From a virus, in IMG/VR virus record IMGVR_UViG_3300030104_006883, positions 96,001 through 160,000 of that record: a DNA stretch of 64,000 nucleotides. One strand, written 5' to 3'. The position numbers and the translations under genes were made by a program. Every line of letters begins with the position of its first letter. Within the stretch, counting starts at the first letter, position 1. This document shows, piece after piece, positions 40,801 to 49,232 of this stretch. The notes beneath the pieces are model-generated. The model was not told the origin of the DNA. It made no database searches and saw nothing but the letters and a program-made list of their open reading frames with translations.

Positions 40801-41176
40801 CAACAAGGGCTTAACAAGAAGCATTAAGTTTAAAGGGAACGATATACAATACTTCCAAGAGGCCGCAGATGCAGCGCTTAGGGACAAATCTGGCAATAAC
40901 CGTGCGAGAAGGATGTTAAAGTTCCACAACGCCGATATTGATTTATTTGGAAATACTATTTTTTATCCCGGCATGGTTGTTTATATCGCTCCCAATTTCC
41001 CTGGAATTCGAACACCGTTTGGGAACCCTGTAAGGCCGGTAGTCACGGCTACCAACATCGCCAACAGCCTTGGAATCGGCGGCTATTACGTAATTACGAA
41101 AGTTAGAAGCAGTATAGACTCATCCGGTGGGTTCCAAACTAGTATAGAAGCTAATTATGAAGCGGGGGCACAATAA
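37811..41176 (+). CDS. Large baseplate hub protein (gp27/gpD-like C-terminus)
   Basis: C-terminal ADIDLFGNTIFYPGMVVYI...GIGGYYVITKVRSSI....FQTSIEA; GIESFSFSFEG; position after the LysM gene. Confidence 0.6.
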   Translation: MGGSAPGGPAKPIVDDQQVLDALAQVGVKYQTSNVPGLTQDQRNEILDKVKSYKKIKEILERSLNRDAARLRAFLKNYSGFRGRPVVSAAPAQGSYFQKFALFFTTSEDEDAVNHLDDAKPTVRAGGPKTSVEYFFEKLTNEAQYRQELIDLVGFNPIYNKNSNPDGWIGPELITTHDEMVRALGQVHEMGDNFVDSRENPDFGKVEYFKILDRELLVGQNSGGAKTYRSVILNFLRWVEGENKKQDSIKEDIESIIGIESGTTSGLELKETESEEQPITEVVERERRFQDQCFLTSNFNKIFESTGTTSYEHFISLQGEPFVATNNMTFHKGQKAFADLTSLEMSMLFPKIKLSKVFYTKKDGKFQTLASVPFKFGTFNDFKDPSMLTMSRRARGDDAGIESFSFSFEGQDYATADKIIVCNATYFFRSMSDFISDFKHGDRIFSYSDLAAYPAGREEFAIKAEVGWQTPDDLSTLVGSSRADKIKKAAASAKLAIFLEVTSFNYEINEDGSLKVFAEYMGWINNMLSGLKFDIFLNPDTGGEIDDLKLATAEHLVTILKDPFERDRKLSDVIDNVATDVNLGVSIGEDPRRVFVNDIGRVAQSIGSKQDVQSTLLKYVDQGTGIDKNITLSQYVINTSPNPDKDANPAKRQETLQKFLDESRRNVKKIQEEGLLINHDGLLEEVFEEGLVYRVDIPEESLSDYQTKDLNKRLSPSIRKTSQIMEKKDVFTVETLDTSAQGKIGENLISATNRAFRNRAARTNDARDFPAAGGPNGRFSGSGGYKIYFVTFGNILNTVMKRVYSPRNKDKNAYIKKFNMIVGSASTETGPFSVRKPANKHKKDNAKKAEKTDEASIADIPVSLDLFTYWYLTEIMESGHVTYDIGKFVQNMLDKLILPALGADCQEDTEVSDLYTVKGQVYNSTGKIMNKVEGRALERGDRLDGTDIFAKNTRSYTLKNINSYYYIYMDSRTALKGFKKFEQQKEDGRIMTLGTGYNKGLTRSIKFKGNDIQYFQEAADAALRDKSGNNRARRMLKFHNADIDLFGNTIFYPGMVVYIAPNFPGIRTPFGNPVRPVVTATNIANSLGIGGYYVITKVRSSIDSSGGFQTSIEANYEAGAQ

Positions 41177-42410
41177 ATTGGTTGATATAACATCGAAACT
41201 TTACAGAGGGGGCATGAAAGCAGGGACAGCTTTTTTCTCTAGACAGAATGAAGAGTTAGAATATCTTTTTAATCGCAACATCACCAATGTTGGATCTACT
41301 AGGGGAGTGATCGGTCTTTACGGACTTGTAGACATGCAGTTTAATACGGTCAATATGGCGGGAACCTATCAAGACGGTGTAGACAGCGGTCGGCTTATTA
41401 TAGCAAACACCAGCGCGAGCCCAATCTTTGTCACTAATTTTGTTCACGATGCTTTTGACGCCATGGCAACTTATTATAATGTTGCCAAGCAACACAATAA
41501 AATAAGAGCAAATGCAGGCTTTCTTGTTGATATGAAAATCAAGAGAGGATATGAGAGCATTAATAACTCTCACGAGGCATATATGCAGACTTATTTCCAA
41601 GCTTTCACAGATTATCTAAACTCTAGAGGGCTGGTGGAAAAGATTAGGAACTTTAAAGAGTTTATGCATCATTTCGAGAATTTTATTTATCAAGTCGTCA
41701 CAGAGAACCCGGTTACTAGAACCGGATTCACAAGAAGCATTTATTCTAATATTTTGAATGGTGGTTTGGCCATTGAAATAGAGAATATTAGTAAGTCTAG
41801 AGAAAATCTAAAGGTTACTGATTTTTATGAAAATCCAAATTTTGATAATTATTCAAAAATAGCAAATCATTTTGGCTTTGTCGTTGATCGAGACGTTCCT
41901 TGGAGGCTACTTGCAAACATATCTTCACCGAGAATGCAACTTTTTATGCAACAACACGGAGTGACAAAGATGGGACTGTTTGACCAGTATTATGTTAAAA
42001 CTTCCACATTAGATGTTGATATTTTAATAAAACACGCGGCAACATTTTACAACACATACGTGGCGAGAGAACCTGAGACCACACGCCCTGAATTGGTTTT
42101 TAATCAAAATTGTCCAACAAAAGGCTCCTATCTTGGTTCTATATCCACCGGAACTTTAAAAATTAAAAAATTAGCTAGAACCACTGTTAGCAAGGAAGGC
42201 GCTATAGCAGACTACGGCGTAAAGCACTGGGTAAAGCTGTACTTCAAGCTGAGATTGGCGGAGGAAAAGATAGATATCTCTACGGCGCAAGCTAACTCTC
42301 TGTTACAATCAATTTACTCTCGAAGTATAAAAAATAATTCTATTGACTTAGCGCTCGGCGTATTTTATAGTGATTTGGAGATAAAGAGAAGAATTACTGT
42401 AGAGTTATAG
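41157..42410 (+). CDS. Hypothetical protein (start may be TTG 41178 or ATG 41214)
   Basis: 417-aa ORF between the hub and polA genes; no recognised motif. Confidence 0.6.
   Translation: MKRGHNKLVDITSKLYRGGMKAGTAFFSRQNEELEYLFNRNITNVGSTRGVIGLYGLVDMQFNTVNMAGTYQDGVDSGRLIIANTSASPIFVTNFVHDAFDAMATYYNVAKQHNKIRANAGFLVDMKIKRGYESINNSHEAYMQTYFQAFTDYLNSRGLVEKIRNFKEFMHHFENFIYQVVTENPVTRTGFTRSIYSNILNGGLAIEIENISKSRENLKVTDFYENPNFDNYSKIANHFGFVVDRDVPWRLLANISSPRMQLFMQQHGVTKMGLFDQYYVKTSTLDVDILIKHAATFYNTYVAREPETTRPELVFNQNCPTKGSYLGSISTGTLKIKKLARTTVSKEGAIADYGVKHWVKLYFKLRLAEEKIDISTAQANSLLQSIYSRSIKNNSIDLALGVFYSDLEIKRRITVEL
42343..42371 (+). promoter_or_regulatory. Sigma70-like promoter (TTGACT-17-TATAGT) for the polA/tubulin-like pair
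   Basis: -35 at 42343-42348, -10 at 42366-42371, inside the 3' end of the upstream gene. Confidence 0.65.
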
Positions 42411-43595
42411 ATGTTATTTCAAACGCTTGACGATAAAAATCAGTGTGTTGCTGTATATGCAAACGGTGAGCTTGACTTCAATGACATTCCGAAGGGGATG
42501 ACTAGAACCTGGGGATATGTGCCTTATATTCCTGGTGAGATAGAATATGCAAGCCTATATTGTGTCGGATCTTCTTTAACTGACGTGTGCCCTGTTCACA
42601 TGAGAGAGGGCTGGGCTAAAATAAATAAAAAACTTAAGGCCTTCCAAAGGTCTTTTCGGACTGCGAAAGTTGATATGAATGAACTGTGTTTTTTTGACCT
42701 AGTTCAAGAGCGGTTTTTACTAGAGTATTGCGATATGAAGAATCAGATAACGGAGCACGTTTTAAATACGCACCATAAGCCAGACAATTATGATTTTTTG
42801 GTTGAACTCTCTTCTATAATACATGACGTAAAATATAGGAAGCTAAACATAGACGTGGGTGGAATTAGAGACATATTTGCAAAGCCCAAAACCAGGAACT
42901 TCCTCAAGAAGATTAATTCTTTTAGTCCATACATATCTTACGATATCGCCGGTACAAGAACCGGACGGCTTACGACTAAGAAAGGATCTTTCCCAATCCT
43001 GACTTTGGACAAGGACTTTAGAGCAGTTATTAAACCAAATAATGATCTTTTTATTGAATTGGACTTCAACGCTGCGGAACTGAGAACAGTTTTAGCACTT
43101 TCTGGAGTAGAACAGCCTGACAAAGATATACATGAGTGGATAGGCAACAATATTTTTGCATCCACAGAGGGCAGAGAGGAAATAAAAAAGAAGGTTTTTG
43201 CATGGCTGTACAACCCGCTGGCGAAGAACGATAAGTTAGAATCCGTTTTTAAGAGAAAGGACATTACGAAAAGCCACTTCAACGGCAAAGAGGTCAAGAC
43301 GCCCTTTGGAAGGACAATTGAAGTAGACGAGCGCCGCGCTTTCAACTACATTGTACAAAGCACGACTAGCGACATGTTTTTGCGCTCGATGATAAAAGTC
43401 TTTAATCTGCTAAAAGATCGAAAGTCACACATAGCGTTTTCAGTGCACGACTCTCTGGTAATTGATTTTGATATGGAAGATAAGGATTTGCTCAGCGAGA
43501 TGGTGAATGTTTTTTCTGAGACTGACTTGGCTAAATTTAAGGTAAACATGAGTATAGGCAAGGACTACGGCTCAATGAGAACAAAGAGGTTATAA
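42411..43595 (+). CDS. polA: Minimal family A DNA polymerase (polymerase core only, no recognisable exonuclease domains)
   Basis: GTRTGRLT; motif A IELDFNAAELR; motif B REEIKKKVFAWLY; AFNYIVQSTTSD; motif C SVHDSLV. Only 394 aa. Confidence 0.8.
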   Translation: MLFQTLDDKNQCVAVYANGELDFNDIPKGMTRTWGYVPYIPGEIEYASLYCVGSSLTDVCPVHMREGWAKINKKLKAFQRSFRTAKVDMNELCFFDLVQERFLLEYCDMKNQITEHVLNTHHKPDNYDFLVELSSIIHDVKYRKLNIDVGGIRDIFAKPKTRNFLKKINSFSPYISYDIAGTRTGRLTTKKGSFPILTLDKDFRAVIKPNNDLFIELDFNAAELRTVLALSGVEQPDKDIHEWIGNNIFASTEGREEIKKKVFAWLYNPLAKNDKLESVFKRKDITKSHFNGKEVKTPFGRTIEVDERRAFNYIVQSTTSDMFLRSMIKVFNLLKDRKSHIAFSVHDSLVIDFDMEDKDLLSEMVNVFSETDLAKFKVNMSIGKDYGSMRTKRL

Positions 43596-44440
43596 TGGAA
43601 ACTATTATTGGATTAGGAGACGCAGGGTGCGCTGTCGCCGACTGTTTTAAATCGTATCCGCAATACGAAGTTTATAAAATAAATTCTGAAAAGAAAAAAG
43701 AACCTAACTACCTGTATATAACTCCGCAAAAATCTCACGAAGATTACGAGAACAAAACTAGGCTGAGAAAGGCTTTTTTCGAAAAGATCTCTGGTCCTAT
43801 TTTACTAATTTTAGGAGGATCGGGAGACATATCGGGTGCCTCTCTTAGGATTTTAGAAAAACTAAAAAATAATCCACTTTATGTTCTTTATATTAAGCCC
43901 GATGATAGTCTGCTTTCCGATATCAAACAGAAGCAGCACAAAGTGGTCTTCAATGTCTTACAGCAGTATGCCAGGTCGGCACTTTTGGAAAAAATGTACA
44001 TTGTTGAAAACTCTAAGGTTGAGGCGGCTCTCGGTGAACTGCCGGTTATTGGGTATCATGATAAAATAAACCAAATGGTAGTTTCTACTATGCACATGCT
44101 GAATGTTTGTTATAACACAGATGCGGTTATAAATACTTTCTCTGACCCTCTTGATGTCTGTAGGATATCGACTTTCGGGATAACAGACCCGGAGACGGGG
44201 GAGGATAAGCTTTTTTATGATTTAGAATATCCTCGCGAGATCTGTCTCTACTACGCTATTAATAAAGAAAAACTAGAGACAGACGGCTCTTTACTGCGTA
44301 AAATAACAACGTCTGTTAAAGAAAAAAATGGCGAAAAAACCAGAACAGCGTTTGGAATCTATCCTACTGAATACGAAAGAGATTATGCCTATTGCGTCAT
44401 GCATTCGTCTCATATACAAGAACAAAAAATTGATTTTTAA
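43595..44440 (+). CDS. Divergent tubulin/FtsZ-like (PhuZ/TubZ-like) protein
   Basis: N-terminal IIGLGDAGCAVAD; T4-loop-like LGGSGDISGA; YIKP, MYIVEN and DKINQ in FtsZ spacing. Coupled to the polA stop (TAATG). Confidence 0.6.
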   Translation: METIIGLGDAGCAVADCFKSYPQYEVYKINSEKKKEPNYLYITPQKSHEDYENKTRLRKAFFEKISGPILLILGGSGDISGASLRILEKLKNNPLYVLYIKPDDSLLSDIKQKQHKVVFNVLQQYARSALLEKMYIVENSKVEAALGELPVIGYHDKINQMVVSTMHMLNVCYNTDAVINTFSDPLDVCRISTFGITDPETGEDKLFYDLEYPREICLYYAINKEKLETDGSLLRKITTSVKEKNGEKTRTAFGIYPTEYERDYAYCVMHSSHIQEQKIDF

Positions 44441-44441
44441 C

Positions 44442-44470
44442 TTTACAAACGTTTTTGTGTGAGTTATAGT
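44442..44470 (+). promoter_or_regulatory. Sigma70-like promoter (TTTACA-17-TATAGT) for the SSB gene
   Basis: -35 at 44442-44447, -10 at 44465-44470. Confidence 0.65.
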
Positions 44471-44540
44471 TGGCTCACAAATGAGATGGTTGGAAAATTT
44501 GCTGACCATACTCTATCCCATTGACTAAAAGGAGTTTATC

Positions 44541-45293
44541 ATGGGTATTGATATGTCTAAGATGAAAGAGAAGCTAGCGTCCTTGAATCGCAAGGGCAAC
44601 GAGAAGAATAACTTTTGGCGTCCAAAGGATGGCGAGCAGACCATTCGCATTGTTCCTACCGCAGACGGAGACCCGTTCAAGGAATTTTGGTTCCATTATA
44701 ACCTTGGGAACAACACGCCGTTCCTGAGTCCAAAGAAGAACTTCGGTGATTCTTGTCCTCTCGATGATTTTGTAAGAACTCTTTACAAGCAGGGCGATCC
44801 TGATAGCGTAAAGATGGCGAAGAGCCTTAGTGCACGCCAGCGGTTCTTTGCACCAGTTCTCGTGCGAGGAGAGGAGGAGCAGGGAGTGAGGATGTGGGGT
44901 TTCGGTCGTACAGCCTACCAGGAACTTCTGAACCTTGTCCTAAATCCTGATTACGGGGATATTACGGATGTAGACAGTGGCACGGACCTTGTTATTACTT
45001 ATGGCAAGCCCGCAGGAGCACAGTTCCCTCAAACCACCATCACTCCACGTAGGCATACGTCTCCGATGGTGGAGGACAGTGACGAGGCAGGCAAGCTTCT
45101 TGAGGCCATTCCGGATATCGATTCGCTCTTTGAGCGTCCGAGCCCGGAGGATGTCGGCAAGATGCTCCATGACTACATGACCAGTATCGATGAAGAGGTG
45201 TCGGATGCGGGCGCGGATAACACGTCCCAGGCTAGTTTGACGAGCGAAGACAACTCTGTCGATAGTGCTTTTAATGAGTTGATGAACTCTTAA
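44541..45293 (+). CDS. Single-stranded DNA-binding protein (T4 gp32-like)
   Basis: FWRPKDGEQTIRIVP...PFKEFWFHY...CP...RQRFFAPVLVRGEE..GV.MWGFG...DYGDITD..SG.DL; acidic tail; AAGGAG SD. Confidence 0.88.
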   Translation: MGIDMSKMKEKLASLNRKGNEKNNFWRPKDGEQTIRIVPTADGDPFKEFWFHYNLGNNTPFLSPKKNFGDSCPLDDFVRTLYKQGDPDSVKMAKSLSARQRFFAPVLVRGEEEQGVRMWGFGRTAYQELLNLVLNPDYGDITDVDSGTDLVITYGKPAGAQFPQTTITPRRHTSPMVEDSDEAGKLLEAIPDIDSLFERPSPEDVGKMLHDYMTSIDEEVSDAGADNTSQASLTSEDNSVDSAFNELMNS

Positions 45294-45301
45294 GCGCTAC
45301 C

Positions 45302-45356
45302 GCGACGTGGGGTGTTTAGTCGGCCCCCCTCCACTCTACACTCCACGTCGCCTTTT
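45302..45356 (+). terminator. Long GC-rich stem-loop followed by TTTT between SSB and recA
   Basis: GCGACGTGGGGTGT (45302-45315) pairs with ACACTCCACGTCGC (45338-45351) with one G-U; 22-nt loop. Confidence 0.55.
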
Positions 45357-45379
45357 AACACTATAATTAGGATTTTATA

Positions 45380-46504
45380 ATGGCAAGAAGCAGTAAAAAA
45401 GCATCCACAAATAATTTAGGTCGGTTAAGCATGGAAGAGATGCGAAAGATTATTAACCGTAAAGCAGGATATGATTTAGCCTATAATTTAACTGAGGACA
45501 ATCCAACAGAAGTGAGGGGGTGGATCCCCACTGGGTCTCGTTGGCTCGATTCTATTATTTGTAAAGGGAAGCTCGCTGGAATACCAATTGGGAAGATAAC
45601 GGAGATTGCGGGCTTAGAGTCCACAGGAAAATCCTACCTTGCGGCACAGATTGCCGCAAACGCACAAAAGCAGGACATTGATGTCATTTATTTCGATTCA
45701 GAGTCAGCGATCGATCCTGACTTTCTTGCTAAGGCCGGTTGCGACCTGGATCGCGTTTTGTATATCCAAGCGGAAAGCGTAGAGTTTGTTCTTGAGACAA
45801 TAGAAGAGTTGCTTGGTAGCAATCAAAATAAAATGCTCTTTGTTTGGGACAGCTTGGCTCTGACGCCAGCGATCACTGATATTGAGGGAGACTTTAACCC
45901 TCTTTCTTCAATGGCTGTTAAGCCCAGAATTTTATCCAAGGGCATGGCAAAGTTGACTATTCCTCTGGCCAACGCGGAGGCAACCTTGCTTGTCCTTAAC
46001 CAGCTAAAGACCAATATTACGTCCAATGTCGCGGAGGCGATGACAACGCCTTATTTTACGCCCGGTGGAAAGGCGATGCATTACGCATATGATTTGCGCA
46101 TTTGGCTTACTGGACGTAAGTCTAAAGCTTCGTTTGTTAAAGACGAAAATGGCTTTAGAATTGGTTCGGAAGTCAAAGCGAAGCTAGAAAAGTCTAAGTT
46201 TGGAACACAGGCGAGGGAGTGCACTTTCAAGATCTTATGGGGCGATGACGTCAGGGTCCAAGATGAGGAAAGTTGGCTGGAGGCGATAAAGTCTTCTGAG
46301 CACTTTACTTCAAGAGGCCCTTGGTATGCTATCTCCTATAAAGACGGAACTGAAGAAAAGTTTCAAGGTTCTAGTTGGAGTGAAAAGCTTAAAAATGAAA
46401 AATTCAAGGATCGTATTTTAGAGATTATGGAAGAAGAGATTATATTTAAGTTTCACAATAGAACCGGGGACGCCTCAGATTTTTATAATGTAGATGCAGA
46501 GTAA
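45380..46504 (+). CDS. recA: RecA/UvsX recombinase
   Basis: IPTGS.WLD, GKITEIAGLESTGKS (Walker A), YFDSESAID, FVWDS (Walker B), NQLK, TPGGKAMHYAY. Confidence 0.93.
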   Translation: MARSSKKASTNNLGRLSMEEMRKIINRKAGYDLAYNLTEDNPTEVRGWIPTGSRWLDSIICKGKLAGIPIGKITEIAGLESTGKSYLAAQIAANAQKQDIDVIYFDSESAIDPDFLAKAGCDLDRVLYIQAESVEFVLETIEELLGSNQNKMLFVWDSLALTPAITDIEGDFNPLSSMAVKPRILSKGMAKLTIPLANAEATLLVLNQLKTNITSNVAEAMTTPYFTPGGKAMHYAYDLRIWLTGRKSKASFVKDENGFRIGSEVKAKLEKSKFGTQARECTFKILWGDDVRVQDEESWLEAIKSSEHFTSRGPWYAISYKDGTEEKFQGSSWSEKLKNEKFKDRILEIMEEEIIFKFHNRTGDASDFYNVDAE

Positions 46505-46551
46505 TGGGTTCTAAAATAACTTCGAACTATTTATACAAAGAGGATAAATAT

Positions 46552-46884
46552 ATGGTTTTAAAGGATAAAATCAAAGAAGTTATTTTAGAGGCATTGCAGC
46601 ACGATGTTTATAAAGCGGAAGTCTCTGTAAAATCTGATAAAGAAAGAAATATTACTGAGATTCTTGACGAAATGCGAGCATTATGTGGAGTCACAATTGT
46701 TAACTCGTTTCCGTCAAAAAGCCTCAGCGAAAAATCGGAGCTAACAGTATGCACTATAAAATTCTTTTTAACAAATCCGAGCTTAAAGCTTCACATGAAC
46801 AAGCTCGCTTTAGCTGCGAAGAAGATAGATGGCGTTCTGGCGTTCAGGGTGCTAAAAATTGATAAGCTCCAAGAAAAAGATTAA
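46552..46884 (+). CDS. Small putative late protein (LKDKIKEVILE N-terminus)
   Basis: Start ATG 46552 inferred from GAGG SD and CTATTTA at 46527. Confidence 0.55.
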   Translation: MVLKDKIKEVILEALQHDVYKAEVSVKSDKERNITEILDEMRALCGVTIVNSFPSKSLSEKSELTVCTIKFFLTNPSLKLHMNKLALAAKKIDGVLAFRVLKIDKLQEKD

Positions 46885-47836
46885 AAGAGTACTTTTCATA
46901 GATGCTCTGAACTCTTATTACCGAGCTTATATAGTAGACCCTTCTTTGTCTACAAATGGACAGCCGATTGGAGGCCTTAAGGGCTTTCTTAAAATATTAC
47001 AAAAGCTGTGCCGGGATATAAAGCCGGACAGAATAGTTGTTTGTTGGGATGGAGCGGGCGGTTCAAGGCGCAGAAAGAGCGTTAATAAGAACTATAAAGA
47101 GGGTCGCAACCCTATTCGATTGAACAGAACAATACGAAACCTGACGGAAAACCAAGAATTACAAAACAAGATTTGGCAACAGACACGCCTAGTAGAATAT
47201 TTGAGTTATATGCCGGTGGCACAACTTATGTTTGAGAGCATAGAGGCAGATGATCTGATCGCTTTTGCTTGTCAACTACAGGACTATGCCGGTTGGCAAA
47301 AGGTTATAGTGTCAAGTGATAAAGACTTCATACAAGTTTTGGACAAAGAGACAGTTTTATACCGACCAACGCAAGAAGAGGTTCTAAACGTTAATCGCGT
47401 TGTTGATGAATACGGAATTCATCCGAACAACTTTGCGCTAGCTAGGGCCATAGCGGGGGATAAGAATGACAATCTTCCGGGCGTCAAGGGAGTTGGCTTG
47501 GCGACGGTAAAGAAAAGATTTCCCTTTATGAAAGAAAAAGAGGAGGCCTCAATAGCAAGGGTTCTCCATCATTGTCAAGAAAATATTGATGGTGTCAAAG
47601 CATTCTCTTCCATATTAGGAGAAGAGAAGCTTGTTAGAGAAAACTATAAGTTGATGCAACTAAGTTCGCCTAATATCAGCGTGAACACAAAGATGAAGAT
47701 AAGATCTATTATTGAAAAGGACGAATTGTTTCTTAATAAAACAGAAATAATTAAGATGATGACTCTTGATGGCTTTGGAGAGAGCAGTTGGTCGGATCTT
47801 TTTCAAAGATTCAATAAGATATTGATTGACAAATAA
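46859..47836 (+). CDS. 5'-3' exonuclease/flap endonuclease (T4 RNase H, PolI N-domain-like)
   Basis: VLFIDALN, VVCWDG, YKEGR, EADDLIA, IVSSDKDFIQ, GDKNDNLPGVKGVG (H3TH). Confidence 0.9.
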   Translation: MISSKKKIKRVLFIDALNSYYRAYIVDPSLSTNGQPIGGLKGFLKILQKLCRDIKPDRIVVCWDGAGGSRRRKSVNKNYKEGRNPIRLNRTIRNLTENQELQNKIWQQTRLVEYLSYMPVAQLMFESIEADDLIAFACQLQDYAGWQKVIVSSDKDFIQVLDKETVLYRPTQEEVLNVNRVVDEYGIHPNNFALARAIAGDKNDNLPGVKGVGLATVKKRFPFMKEKEEASIARVLHHCQENIDGVKAFSSILGEEKLVRENYKLMQLSSPNISVNTKMKIRSIIEKDELFLNKTEIIKMMTLDGFGESSWSDLFQRFNKILIDK

Positions 47837-47854
47837 CTTCATTTCTTATATATT
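47826..47854 (+). promoter_or_regulatory. Sigma70-like promoter (TTGACA-17-TATATT) for helicase/nrdJ
   Basis: -35 at 47826-47831, -10 at 47849-47854. Confidence 0.65.
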
Positions 47855-47876
47855 ACTACAAAAGCAGGAGGGGAAG

Positions 47877-49232
47877 TTGCAAGAAGACTTTTCTCTATAT
47901 GGAAAAAACTTTCAAGAGAAGCTTGTACAACTAATTCTAGAAGATCGGGCTTTCTCTGAGCAGATTCAAGAGGTTTTGGATGTCAAGTTTTTTGAATCTA
48001 AGTATCTACAAGTATTTACGAGCCTTGTTTTCGAATATAGAGAAAAGTATAAGGTACACCCCAGTGGCGAGATTCTTGACTCTATATTAAGAACTGAATT
48101 GGAGGACCACGCTGACCTTGTAAAGAAGCAAGTTCGTGATTTTTTCACAAGAGTCAGGACCAAAGATATTGAAGACTCTGAGTATGTTAAGGACACCTCA
48201 CTAGATTTTTGCAAGAAGCAAAAACTAAAAGAGGCTATGATGGTCTCTGTGGGGTTGTTGGATAGCTCCTCATTCGAAGAGATTAAAAAAGTTATAGACG
48301 AGGCGGTCAAACTTGGGGTTGACAACGACCACGGGCATGATTACAAGAAGGATTTTGAGCTTCGGTATCTGTTTAAGGCCAGGAACCCGGTTAGTAGTGG
48401 GTGGGCTAGGATTGATAAAATAACCAAGGGAGGGTTGGGAAAAGGAGAGTTGGGAGTAGTTGTTGCTCCGACTGGCGCTGGAAAATCTCATGCACTTGTG
48501 CACTTGGGGGCAAGTGCTCTTATATCCGGTAAGACAGTGGCGCATTATACTCTGGAACTATCGGAAGAGGTAGTAGGCCAGAGGTACGACAGTTGTATAA
48601 CTAGATACCCGCTCTCTGGCCTGAACGCTTTCAAGGACAAAATTAAGGAAACTTGTTTAGAGGTCAAGGGAGATTTATTTATTAAAGAATATCCTACGAA
48701 ATCTGCAACCGTAAATACTGTTAGGGCATCATTAGATAAGTTATTGAAAAGAGACAAGAAAGTCGATTTAATCATAATAGACTACGCCGATATTCTGAAA
48801 GCGACGACAAATTTTAAAGAGAAAAGGAACCAATTAGAGTCTATTTATGAAGAACTGCGAGCAATCGCAAAAGAATATGAATGTCCAGTTTGGACAGCAT
48901 CTCAAACGAACAGGACTGGTTTGAATCAAGCAGTAATTACTATGGAAGCAATATCTGAAGCTTTTAACAAATGTTTTGTGGCCGACTTCATCTGCACGGT
49001 CTCAAGAACAAAGGAAGATAAGGTCGCCAACACCGGAAAGATGTACGTCGCAAAAAACCGTAACGGCCCTGACGGAATTGTGTTTCCGTTACTTTTTGAT
49101 ACATCAAACGTAAAAATTGAAGTTTTAGAACCTACGGACGAGACCATCGAGGAGATGGAGGTTAACGAGGTCAAGAGACAGCAAAAAGAGATGAAAAAAA
49201 TATACAAACAATGGGAGGAGAATAAGAAATAA
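47877..49232 (+). CDS. dnaB: Replicative DNA helicase (DnaB/gp41-like)
   Basis: GELGVVVAPTGAGKS, TLEL, IIIDYAD, WTASQTNR, KNRNGPDG. Start TTG 47877 inferred from the AGGAGG SD. Confidence 0.9.
   Translation: MQEDFSLYGKNFQEKLVQLILEDRAFSEQIQEVLDVKFFESKYLQVFTSLVFEYREKYKVHPSGEILDSILRTELEDHADLVKKQVRDFFTRVRTKDIEDSEYVKDTSLDFCKKQKLKEAMMVSVGLLDSSSFEEIKKVIDEAVKLGVDNDHGHDYKKDFELRYLFKARNPVSSGWARIDKITKGGLGKGELGVVVAPTGAGKSHALVHLGASALISGKTVAHYTLELSEEVVGQRYDSCITRYPLSGLNAFKDKIKETCLEVKGDLFIKEYPTKSATVNTVRASLDKLLKRDKKVDLIIIDYADILKATTNFKEKRNQLESIYEELRAIAKEYECPVWTASQTNRTGLNQAVITMEAISEAFNKCFVADFICTVSRTKEDKVANTGKMYVAKNRNGPDGIVFPLLFDTSNVKIEVLEPTDETIEEMEVNEVKRQQKEMKKIYKQWEENKK

Noticed and set aside
43595-44440. Concluding that this is a nucleus-forming phage from the tubulin-like gene
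   Set aside because: No chimallin-like or multisubunit RNAP gene is recognisable in the window, and host sigma70-type promoters are used. The tubulin-like gene alone is insufficient.
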